A DNA stretch of 64,000 nt, from the IMG/VR virus record IMGVR_UViG_2599185311_000001, positions 1,978 to 65,977 of that record; one strand, written 5' to 3'. The translations under genes and the position numbers were made by a program. This DNA comes from a virus. Every line of letters begins with the position of its first letter. Position 1 is the first letter of the stretch. Below are positions 27,596 through 34,594 of the stretch, piece by piece. Under the pieces are notes generated by a model, which was not told where the DNA came from, searched no databases, and was given only the letters and a program-made list of their open reading frames with translations.

Positions 27596-28330
27596 TTAAC
27601 GGGCGTACATGCCCCACCAGAAGACGTGGCCGAGGATGACGATTTGCTCATCCTGCATTTCCTGGAAGGTGTAGTCCTCATCCGGATGTTCGTCGCGGTT
27701 GAAGCTGCGCAGGCGGATACCGGTGGGCAGGCGATAAAGCTGCTTCACCCGCAGTTGGCCGTTGTGGTTGATGGCGTAGAGGTCACCGTCGACGATGTCG
27801 CCGATCCCGCATTTGCCTGCGTTCACCCCAACCGTGGCACCGTCGCGCAGCACCGGCAACATGCTGTTGCCGCGCACCGTCACGCACTTGGCCTGGTCGA
27901 ACTGCACGCCGTTATGCCGCAGGCTGCGCTTGCCGAAGCGCAGGCTGGAGCGCTCGCTTTCCTCGATGACGAATCTTCCTGATCCAGCAGCCAATTCAAC
28001 CTCGCGCAGAAAAGGGACCGACACTTCGTCTTCTTCGACGGGTGTCTCGTCGTCCCACAGGCTTATGTCCTTGAGTTCGGAATGCGGCTCATCGCGGCGG
28101 GCATTGCCGGCGGGCGCAACGTCCGCGCGCCCGCGCAACTGATCGGTACTCACGGCGAAGTACTCGGCGATCTTCGAGATGTGTTTATCCGAAGGATCGA
28201 CGATCTTGCCGCTGAGGATCCGCGAGAGGGTGGACTGAGGCACGCCGGTACGCCGGTGAAGCTCCGTGGGGGAGATCCCGTGCTGATCGAGCAATGCTCT
28301 TAATACGGTAGAAACGTTGCGTTTTTGCAT
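27596..28330 (-). CDS. prtR: PrtR-like cI repressor (HTH + S24 autopeptidase)
   Basis: N-terminal HTH (ISPTELHRRTGVPQSTLSRIL); S24 motifs VRGNSMLP and LRVKQL; Ala-Gly site in LAAGSG. Confidence 0.9.
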   Translation of the reverse strand: MQKRNVSTVLRALLDQHGISPTELHRRTGVPQSTLSRILSGKIVDPSDKHISKIAEYFAVSTDQLRGRADVAPAGNARRDEPHSELKDISLWDDETPVEEDEVSVPFLREVELAAGSGRFVIEESERSSLRFGKRSLRHNGVQFDQAKCVTVRGNSMLPVLRDGATVGVNAGKCGIGDIVDGDLYAINHNGQLRVKQLYRLPTGIRLRSFNRDEHPDEDYTFQEMQDEQIVILGHVFWWGMYAR

Positions 28331-28412
28331 AACGCGCATAGTGCTTGTTCTTTTCGCAGAAGACAAATGCTGTTTTGCATAAATATGCAATTTCAAGCCT
28401 TTTGAATTCATT

Positions 28413-28501
28413 GTGGCGAGGGAGCTTGCTCCCGCTTGGGTGCGCAGCGCCCACAAAAAGGGTCTGCTGCGCAGCCCAGCGGGAGCAAGCTCCCTCGCCA
28501 C
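28413..28501. repeat. REP doublet of a second family
   Basis: GTGGCGAGGGAGCTTGCTCCCGC ... GCGGGAGCAAGCTCCCTCGCCAC. Confidence 0.88.
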
Positions 28502-28740
28502 GGAATCGCCCTACACTCCCTTAGGAAAAGGCTCCGCCCCCGTCCTTCAAATGTGCGACCAGGCTACATCGCCTTGCGCCTCTGCCTACAACTGCGCCAG
28601 AATCCGCCGGCTTGTCCACCTTGGATCCCATCGGTACTTTGATTCTCGTCACTGCCCATCAGTGATCGGGTTTAGTCGCTCGGTATTCCAAGGTGCTTAT
28701 TGCTCCATTCAGTCAGGTACTTCTATTCCTGCACTTGATG

Positions 28741-28813
28741 GTAGCTGTGCGCAGGGCGCCCTCGGGCGCGCCGGTTTCTTGGATCCCCGGTCGACTAACC
28801 TGCGTACAGCTGC
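28741..28813 (+). ncRNA. Multi-stem RNA element resembling C4/ash-type leaders
   Basis: Closing stem GTAGCTGTGCGCAGG/CCTGCGTACAGCTGC with two internal hairpins, upstream of the ORF at 28867. Confidence 0.45.
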
Positions 28814-28866
28814 CGCCCCTCGTTTAGTCGCGAGTGAGTGGTGGCTCAACTTCAAGGATCCATAGA

Positions 28867-29220
28867 ATGCCGAAGAACACTCCAAATCCCCCAGACGATC
28901 ACGTCTCCCGCAGCCAGTCGGCCAACGCCAAGAAACTCGATGACGCGGCCACCCGCGCCCTGGACTATTACCTCAAGCCGAAAGCCGACAAAAACACCTG
29001 CGACACACCCGACACCCTTTTCATCATCGCCCCCGACATCGACGCCGAATGCCTGCTCGCCAACCTCAGCGAAACCCTGGCCTCGGCCAATGCCATGGTC
29101 AGCGACCTGGCATTCGACCTGGAGGGCTCGCGACGACATATCGGGTTGGGGGTCCAGCAGATGATTGAGTTGGGCCAGTTGCTGGCGAATCGGGCGTTGG
29201 ATGTGGTTGAAGTGAGGTAG
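28867..29220 (+). CDS. DUF6124/DUF3077-like hypothetical protein
   Basis: AATRALDYYL..LLANLSETLASANAMVSDLAFDLEGSRRH..GVQQMIELGQLLANRALD motif. Confidence 0.75.
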   Translation: MPKNTPNPPDDHVSRSQSANAKKLDDAATRALDYYLKPKADKNTCDTPDTLFIIAPDIDAECLLANLSETLASANAMVSDLAFDLEGSRRHIGLGVQQMIELGQLLANRALDVVEVR

Positions 29221-29248
29221 GCCTTCTAAGAGAAGCCCGAGTAATCAT

Positions 29249-29408
29249 TGTGGGAGCGAGCTTGCTCGCGATAGCGGTAGTCCAATTACAACTAAGTAGT
29301 ATTGGCAGCCGTCATCGCGAGCAAGCTCGCTCCCACAGTTGGATCGGGGTACAACCGGAAAAACAGGTCGGCTGTCAGGCCGCCTTCGCGAGCAAGCCCG
29401 CTCCCACA
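29249..29408. repeat. REP doublet plus one solo REP
   Basis: Inverted pair at 29249-29337; single arm at 29385-29408. Confidence 0.88.
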
Positions 29409-29641
29409 GGGGAAACGCAGTCCCACCAAGCATCAGGTCGGCTATCAGGCCGCCTCGACCCGCCGTCAGGGCGGAACCCTAAGCAGCCGTTACCGCAACA
29501 ACGGATATGCACACGTTCCCAAAACCACTCACATATGGGTCCCACCAGACCACCCATGTTAACCTTGCGCCCATCGCGGAAAAGCCGGGCCAATGCCCCT
29601 CCTTTTGCCCCACACCTTTCAACGAGCTTGCCTGACACCCC

Positions 29642-29752
29642 ATGAATACAGCCGTGAACGACCTGTCCTCCCACACGCCGATGATGCAGCAGTATGAGCT
29701 TCAGAGTGGCTTAGGCGGTGCACTACAAGGGCTGCAGACATTTTTCGTCTAA
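29642..29752 (+). pseudogene. mutS: 5' fragment of mutS (18 codons), fused to 18 prophage-derived codons and stopped
   Basis: MNTAVNDLSSHTPMMQQY carries the hallmark MutS N-terminal HTPMMQQY; homology ends after QQY (then ELQSGLGG..V*). Confidence 0.88.
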
Positions 29753-29820
29753 AACTCTTGGCTTAATTCGCGTGTGTTTCGGCCAATAAAACCAAGATAG
29801 ATTGAGGTAGTTTTAGACAC
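29670..29820. other. attL region of the prophage
   Basis: mutS break at ~29694; inverted 9-mers GTCTAAAAC (29747) and GTTTTAGAC (29810) as candidate integrase arm sites. Confidence 0.65.
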
Positions 29821-30102
29821 GCGTCGGCGCCCCTACCCATCTCAATATCCCCCGAAAAACCATAACGACGGAGCCTAGGCTTGGTCCGTGCGCTATCAAC
29901 TCATTTCAGCGACGAGACACTGTTGATTCGTCCAGATCGCCGCTCTTCCGACTGATCGTCATACCAGCCAGCATTCGCGAAGCATGTTGTCGCCTGCTAC
30001 TCTCAAGCAAAGGTACGGCCCCTATTTGTTTAATCGGATTGGCGCTCGCTGCGCAGCAAGAGGCGGCCGTACCCTCCCATAAAGCGTGAAAGCGTGCGCC
30101 CC

Positions 30103-30471
30103 ATGACCAAACCACTTGTTCAACCCCGAATCCTTAGGGCCTCTCAAGCGCCATCCTACCTGGGTATGTGCCGGGACGAGTTCAACAGGACGGTACGGCC
30201 CAACGTTCAGGAGTTCCCAATCGGAAAGCTGGGTATCGGCTTCGATCGCCTAGAGCTAGATGCCTGGGCTGATGCGTATATTGCCGCCAACGCTATCGAA
30301 AAACATCCGCCGATATGCGCGCCCACGCAACAGTTGGGCTCCGCCGTACGGCCAATGTCGCGCGCGCAGCCCGGAACGGCCACTAGGAAAACGGCGCCCG
30401 CTCACGCAACAAAGGAAGAATTTGAAAGATTGATAGAAACGATCTTGGGCAAACGAAAACGGAAGCTCTAA
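30103..30471 (+). CDS. Excisionase-like winged-helix protein 1
   Basis: PRILRASQAPSYLGMCRDEFNRTVRP..EFPIGKLGIGFDRLELDAWA pattern, recalled from small genes that precede Pseudomonas prophage integrases; basic tail. Confidence 0.65.
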   Translation: MTKPLVQPRILRASQAPSYLGMCRDEFNRTVRPNVQEFPIGKLGIGFDRLELDAWADAYIAANAIEKHPPICAPTQQLGSAVRPMSRAQPGTATRKTAPAHATKEEFERLIETILGKRKRKL

Positions 30472-30507
30472 TCAGGATCCAAGCATGCGTTGCCGGGGAG
30501 GTTCCCT

Positions 30508-30759
30508 ATGGATGATGAGTGTGAGGTCGTATACGTAGCAGGCCTAGGAAAAATGCTCGGGCGAACTGAAGCCTCGGTAAGAGAAGGGATTCGCCGCGGC
30601 GTGGATTGGCTGCCGAAGGGATTTAAGATGGGCGCCAGGCATTGCTGGCTCAAGGATGATGTGAAGGAGTTCCTGCGCGCTTGCCGGGATGGCGAGAACA
30701 AGACGCCGAAAGTGGGCAGGAAGCGCCGGCCGCAGCCGACGCTCGTAACTCTTCGCTGA
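30508..30759 (+). CDS. Excisionase-like winged-helix protein 2
   Basis: GGAGG RBS; VVYVAGLGKMLGRTEASVREGIRRG..LPKGFKMG..HCWLKDDVKEFL. Confidence 0.65.
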   Translation: MDDECEVVYVAGLGKMLGRTEASVREGIRRGVDWLPKGFKMGARHCWLKDDVKEFLRACRDGENKTPKVGRKRRPQPTLVTLR

Positions 30760-30773
30760 AGGGAGAGCAGCCC

Positions 30774-30992
30774 GTGCCAAGCAGAGCCGAAACAAACAGC
30801 ATTGATCGCTTCATGCGCCTCGACGAGGTACTTCACGTCACTGGCCTTGGCCGTAACACGGTTTATCGCCGCATCAGGGAAGGCACATTTCCAAAGCAAG
30901 TCAGGATAGGCCCCAATTCAGTTGCTTGGCGTCAGTCGGCAATCGTTGAATGGATGGGTTCGTTCACGCCGAACAAAGATCAGCCCTGGTGA
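30774..30992 (+). CDS. AlpA-family regulator/excisionase (domain 3)
   Basis: FMRLDEVLHVTGLGRNTVYRRIREGTFPKQVRIGPNSVAWRQSAIVEWM is a textbook AlpA pattern; GTG start after a GGGAG RBS. Confidence 0.88.
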   Translation: MPSRAETNSIDRFMRLDEVLHVTGLGRNTVYRRIREGTFPKQVRIGPNSVAWRQSAIVEWMGSFTPNKDQPW

Positions 30993-30996
30993 AAAT

Positions 30997-31593
30997 ATGC
31001 GCTATTTGACCATCAGAAAATTTGCTAACGAGGTCGGATACACTGAGGCGGCAATACGATCGAAGATCGCTGATGGAACGTGGATTGAAGATCAAGTGTG
31101 GAGACGAGCTCCTGACAATCGGATTTTGATCGACGTGCACGGATTTGAAGAGTGGGTGGTAAACGGGAAAAGTCGCGAAGTATTAAAGCAGCCCCTCCTG
31201 CGGTCGCCCTCTTCCAAGATAAGCAAATCTTCACTCAGCCCGCCCCCTTTAGTCCAAACCTCGCAGGGGGTGCCTGAGCTCACCGGCGACAAGATTCATG
31301 AGAAGAGGCTAGCCGAGCTGATCGGAACCACCCCCAAAGCGCTGGAGCACAAGCGGCGAGAAGGAATTATTCCGGAAGGAGTCTGGCTCAAGGAGCGCGG
31401 ACGGATCATGTACAGCCTGGCGAGATATAACGAATGGGCAGAAAAACAATGGGTTTCACGAATACAGGCGAGCCCGGGTGCCAAAGCGTGGGAATCGATT
31501 TCACCTAGATCGGTGCACGCCCAAGCAAAACGAGTTCCGATAAAGCCTCCTCGCAAGGGATCGCAACGGCCGGTGATCACTATGCTCGAGTGA
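30997..31593 (+). CDS. Tandem double excisionase-like protein (domains 4 and 5)
   Basis: Domain A YLTIRKFANEVGYTEAAIRSKIADGTW..RILIDVHGFEEWV; domain B KIHEKRLAELIGTTPKALEHKRREG..RIMYSLARYNEWA; internal in-frame GTG at 31270. Confidence 0.72.
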   Translation: MRYLTIRKFANEVGYTEAAIRSKIADGTWIEDQVWRRAPDNRILIDVHGFEEWVVNGKSREVLKQPLLRSPSSKISKSSLSPPPLVQTSQGVPELTGDKIHEKRLAELIGTTPKALEHKRREGIIPEGVWLKERGRIMYSLARYNEWAEKQWVSRIQASPGAKAWESISPRSVHAQAKRVPIKPPRKGSQRPVITMLE

Positions 31594-31718
31594 AAGAGAA
31601 TTCGGCGCGTAGCTATGACGAATGCCCCCTACCCCAATCGGCATGCAGCCTGAACCGCGAGACGCCGACCTTAGGTTGGCTTGCCAGGGCCGCCTACGGG
31701 ACAACGAGAAGTCCATAA

Positions 31719-31928
31719 ATGTCCAATTCTGACCTTCTTCCCTCCCTCCTATTCAGGATCAACGAAAATCAGCTCGCCCTGGAAGCTGCCATCATGGAAC
31801 TGACCAACTGGGCCGAGCGGCAAGGATCTGCCGAGGTTGCTGAGAACGTACGTGGCGCCTTGGCAACGATCAGCCTGAATGAAGAGTTCGTCAAAATGAG
31901 CCTGGCAATCATGATGTCTCCCGACTGA
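31719..31928 (+). CDS. Small helical hypothetical protein typical of Pseudomonas prophage ends
   Basis: SDLLPSLLFRINENQLALEAAIMEL motif. Confidence 0.75.
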   Translation: MSNSDLLPSLLFRINENQLALEAAIMELTNWAERQGSAEVAENVRGALATISLNEEFVKMSLAIMMSPD

Positions 31929-31976
31929 CGGCTAGCAACTCGTCGCTCAGTCCTCGCCGCACTATTGCGCCTCGAT

Positions 31977-31996
31977 TACTGTACATCCAAACAGTA
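31977..31996. promoter_or_regulatory. LexA (SOS) box
   Basis: TACTGTACATCCAAACAGTA = TACTGT-N8-ACAGTA, 20 bp upstream of the ATG at 32017. Confidence 0.85.
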
Positions 31997-32016
31997 GTCA
32001 GCCAGCGATCCTAACC

Positions 32017-32754
32017 ATGAACTTTGACCAAGCCAAAGCGCTGAGACTTCAGCTTTGGCGAACGACCCTTGATGACCACGAATTCCGAATGGAAAACCCT
32101 GAGGCTCACAGATCAAGCCTGCATGAAACCAGCGCCAGGCTCGCCGAGGAAGGCTTGATTGACCGCATGCAGCAGTTGGAAATGGATGAAATGGCGGATT
32201 CCGCTTACTGGCACGCCGTAGAGGAGCTGCAGTCAAACCCAGTCATGTACCGCGGCGCATGTGGATATGACGTGGTGCCCCGGGATGGCGGCCCAAGGAT
32301 CGGGACGATATTTCATTCAGTCCTTCGCCTGGAAGAAAGCTGCGGCGACAAGCCGCGTCCCTATGATGGAAAAGTCTACCGGGACAAATCGGGGCTGGTA
32401 CTCAATTACAGCTTCGCCACAGCCACCGGGCGCATAGTAGGCCTCATCCTGACGATGGATGACGGTCGACAGTTCGACCTGATTGAGACGAAACGAATGG
32501 TCTCGGGCAAGGTGTACGAAGCGATTGATGACCCAGATGTCTATCGATGGATGGTCGATGTTGTCCAGGTCGCGACAGAGAACCGGGATGTTGAAATCGT
32601 GCAGAGGCTCAGGCCTTTGCTGGAACTGGCAAGGTTTGTCCAATGCTCGAAGTGCCTGGATCAGTTCGGCGTACGCGAGGACTGCGAGCCTTGTAGCGGC
32701 TTGGGCTTCGTCGAAAAGCCTCGATGCTCAAGCAAACTTCCTGTGAATGGCTAG
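32017..32754 (+). CDS. SOS-linked hypothetical protein with C-terminal CxxC..CxxC zinc finger
   Basis: CSKC..CEPC; preceded by the LexA box. Confidence 0.78.
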   Translation: MNFDQAKALRLQLWRTTLDDHEFRMENPEAHRSSLHETSARLAEEGLIDRMQQLEMDEMADSAYWHAVEELQSNPVMYRGACGYDVVPRDGGPRIGTIFHSVLRLEESCGDKPRPYDGKVYRDKSGLVLNYSFATATGRIVGLILTMDDGRQFDLIETKRMVSGKVYEAIDDPDVYRWMVDVVQVATENRDVEIVQRLRPLLELARFVQCSKCLDQFGVREDCEPCSGLGFVEKPRCSSKLPVNG

Positions 32755-32788
32755 GGTCCACTGAGAAATGCAGAATCAGGGGATCGTA

Positions 32789-33241
32789 ATGTGCGGCGGA
32801 GTTGAGGCGGCGGACAAAAACAGAGCGTATGAACGGGTGAAGGTGTACTTCCCGAACCCCAAGGCTGCGTTTCCCGTGGTGCTTGAAGACGGGACCGACC
32901 TTGGATGGGTGCGATGGGGCCGGCGCCGTGAGGAGAAAGGCACCGGCCCATCAGGAGGATGGGCGAAGCTGGAGACGGTGGAGCGTGGCGGGTGGGAGAA
33001 GTATCACCCGCAACGGGCCCTGGGGCTCGTGCAGCGCTACATGGAGAAGGATGGGGAGCGGGTTTCGCACTGGTTCGACATGAACGAAGGCTTCGGACTG
33101 GAATGCCTGGTGCTGGGCGAGGACGAGAACCGACGGGTCTACGTCGTCACCACCTCGCCGCCTGATGAGTACGCCTGGATTCACGACCGGTGGCCGATGA
33201 TAGGACGGATTCCCACGCCTATCGTGGGATCAGCTCCCTGA
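32789..33241 (+). CDS. Short SRAP/HMCES-like protein (Cys2)
   Basis: Starts MCGG; has WG..R, RYMEK and HDRWPM motifs resembling SRAP (MCGR..E..HDRMP). Confidence 0.6.
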   Translation: MCGGVEAADKNRAYERVKVYFPNPKAAFPVVLEDGTDLGWVRWGRRREEKGTGPSGGWAKLETVERGGWEKYHPQRALGLVQRYMEKDGERVSHWFDMNEGFGLECLVLGEDENRRVYVVTTSPPDEYAWIHDRWPMIGRIPTPIVGSAP

Positions 33242-33272
33242 CATACGCCTGGCATGCCTTCAGCGCGATCAG
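33219..33272 (-). pseudogene. Relic 3' end of an Rz-type i-spanin gene
   Basis: LIALKACQAYVRELIPR* matches the LIAL.ACQAYVR C-terminus recalled for Pseudomonas Rz proteins. Confidence 0.55.
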
Positions 33273-33374
33273 CTCGATATTCGTCATAGACGGCGGGAAT
33301 AGATTGCTATCCCTCGCTACGATAAAATAATATTCCGGAACTAGTTCCGACGAGCCTGGACGCAGATGAATTAA

Positions 33375-33941
33375 TTACTTTTCAAGCACACCACGCACTG
33401 CGTCGTAAGAGTCAGTGCACGCGTTGCCAGCGATCGTTGCCCGATCAAGAGCCCCTGCAAGCTCGACGTTCTGTTGTATTGATTTATCAAGTATATCCTG
33501 AAGTACCTTAATTGCCTCATCTCCTTTTTTACTAGCTAAATCCTTTTGCCAGCCATCATACTTTCTCATCATTGCCGCACTGCACCCTTCAGCACAGATA
33601 GCACCAAGGTCTACCTGTCTGGCGACCTCTGGAAGGGGCGGAATGTATGGCTCTAAGGAAATTGCTGCTCCTAATCGATTTTGTGCTTCTGGCGTGAAAG
33701 GCACAGGTGAATATTTAGACACTACTGTCGTAGCCCAAACTTTCAGTGATGGATCAAGTTTGTCTCCTCCTTCCCTGAGCATATTCATCGCCATTGTAAG
33801 GTAATCTTTTTTTATGCCATCTTCTGCAATGCTTTGTTGCACCGTATATCCAACTAAGCCCAGCACAGCCGGGATAGCTATCGCGGACAAGATGGTCGCA
33901 ATGGAGCGCGTTTTCTCAAGAACTGAATTTAAATCTGACAC
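33375..33941 (-). CDS. Single-pass membrane moron with spanin-like C-terminal segments
   Basis: TM segment IATILSAIAIPAVLGLVGY; AGGAG RBS; AT-richer than flanks. Confidence 0.75.
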   Translation of the reverse strand: MSDLNSVLEKTRSIATILSAIAIPAVLGLVGYTVQQSIAEDGIKKDYLTMAMNMLREGGDKLDPSLKVWATTVVSKYSPVPFTPEAQNRLGAAISLEPYIPPLPEVARQVDLGAICAEGCSAAMMRKYDGWQKDLASKKGDEAIKVLQDILDKSIQQNVELAGALDRATIAGNACTDSYDAVRGVLEK

Positions 33942-33965
33942 GGTATATCTCCTGAATAGTCAATC

Positions 33966-34223
33966 CTATTGACATGCTCTCGTTGCTGCTAGGAGCTCAC
34001 GCTCATAACCTATCCTTTGTCGACGCTCAGCCAACAATGCCCGGATTTTGACTTCAAGAGGATCAGACTTCTGAATCCCTGAAGCAGCCCAAGCAGGGCT
34101 TACAACCTCTTCGGTTTTGCATGGAACCAGCATGGGAACTTCAACCCTAACTGTCCGCACCTCAGGCGGATTGCCGGCGCACCCGGCTAAAGCCAGCGTC
34201 ATGGCCAGCAGTAACCTTTTCAT
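33966..34223 (-). CDS. o-spanin lipoprotein (Rz1-like)
   Basis: Lipobox LAGC; overlaps the i-spanin stop. Confidence 0.85.
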   Translation of the reverse strand: MKRLLLAMTLALAGCAGNPPEVRTVRVEVPMLVPCKTEEVVSPAWAASGIQKSDPLEVKIRALLAERRQRIGYERELLAATRACQ

Positions 34224-34594
34224 AAGCCAAGCTCCTGATCAATTACTGTTTCGGCAGCAGAGCATTGATCGCCTCCGCTCCGCTCGCGCAGGATTCTGTT
34301 CGCCGCGGCGTAGTCTGGCCGGGCTTCATCCCGTGCTTTCTCTTGGGCCAAAGCGGCAGCTCGCTCTCGCAACTCACCAGCCTGGACCAGCTCCCCTAGC
34401 TTGCGGCCCTGCTCGGCAGCCAAGCCCTCGAGGTTATCCCGGGCACTAGTGACTTGGGCCAGGTCCCGGTTAGCCGCATCCAACAGAGGTCGATAATGAC
34501 CGGCGACTAGCCAGCCACCAAACCCCGCCCCCACAGCAGTCAGTAGCAATGCCAGGACGCCAGCCACCTGCGCCTTGAGCGCTGCGGGGCTCAC
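34220..34594 (-). CDS. i-spanin (Rz-like)
   Basis: GTG start overlapping the endolysin stop; N-terminal TM followed by coiled coil. Confidence 0.8.
   Translation of the reverse strand: MSPAALKAQVAGVLALLLTAVGAGFGGWLVAGHYRPLLDAANRDLAQVTSARDNLEGLAAEQGRKLGELVQAGELRERAAALAQEKARDEARPDYAAANRILRERSGGDQCSAAETVIDQELGL

Larger units (their letters stand above)
1..28330 (-). other. Tailocin (R-type phage-tail bacteriocin) locus with two contractile tail modules, next to mutS; continues beyond the left edge
   Basis: Repressor, holin and two sets of baseplate/sheath/tube/tape-measure/fibre genes, with no capsid, terminase or replication genes; the mutS-adjacent position is typical of fluorescens-group tailocins. 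Confidence 0.93.

Noticed and set aside
28331-28501. 57-aa N-terminal extension of PrtR in the ORF track (similar extensions at 6548-6763 and 13725-13892)
   Set aside because: The extensions are read through REP or intergenic DNA; the downstream starts match the family N-termini.
29670-29700. tRNA or tmRNA integration target
   Set aside because: No tRNA-like sequence is seen at the junction; the target is the mutS coding sequence.
29906-30115. Minus-strand 69 aa ORF as an integrase remnant
   Set aside because: No tyrosine-recombinase motifs (R, HxxR, H/W, Y context) are recognisable, and there is no RBS.
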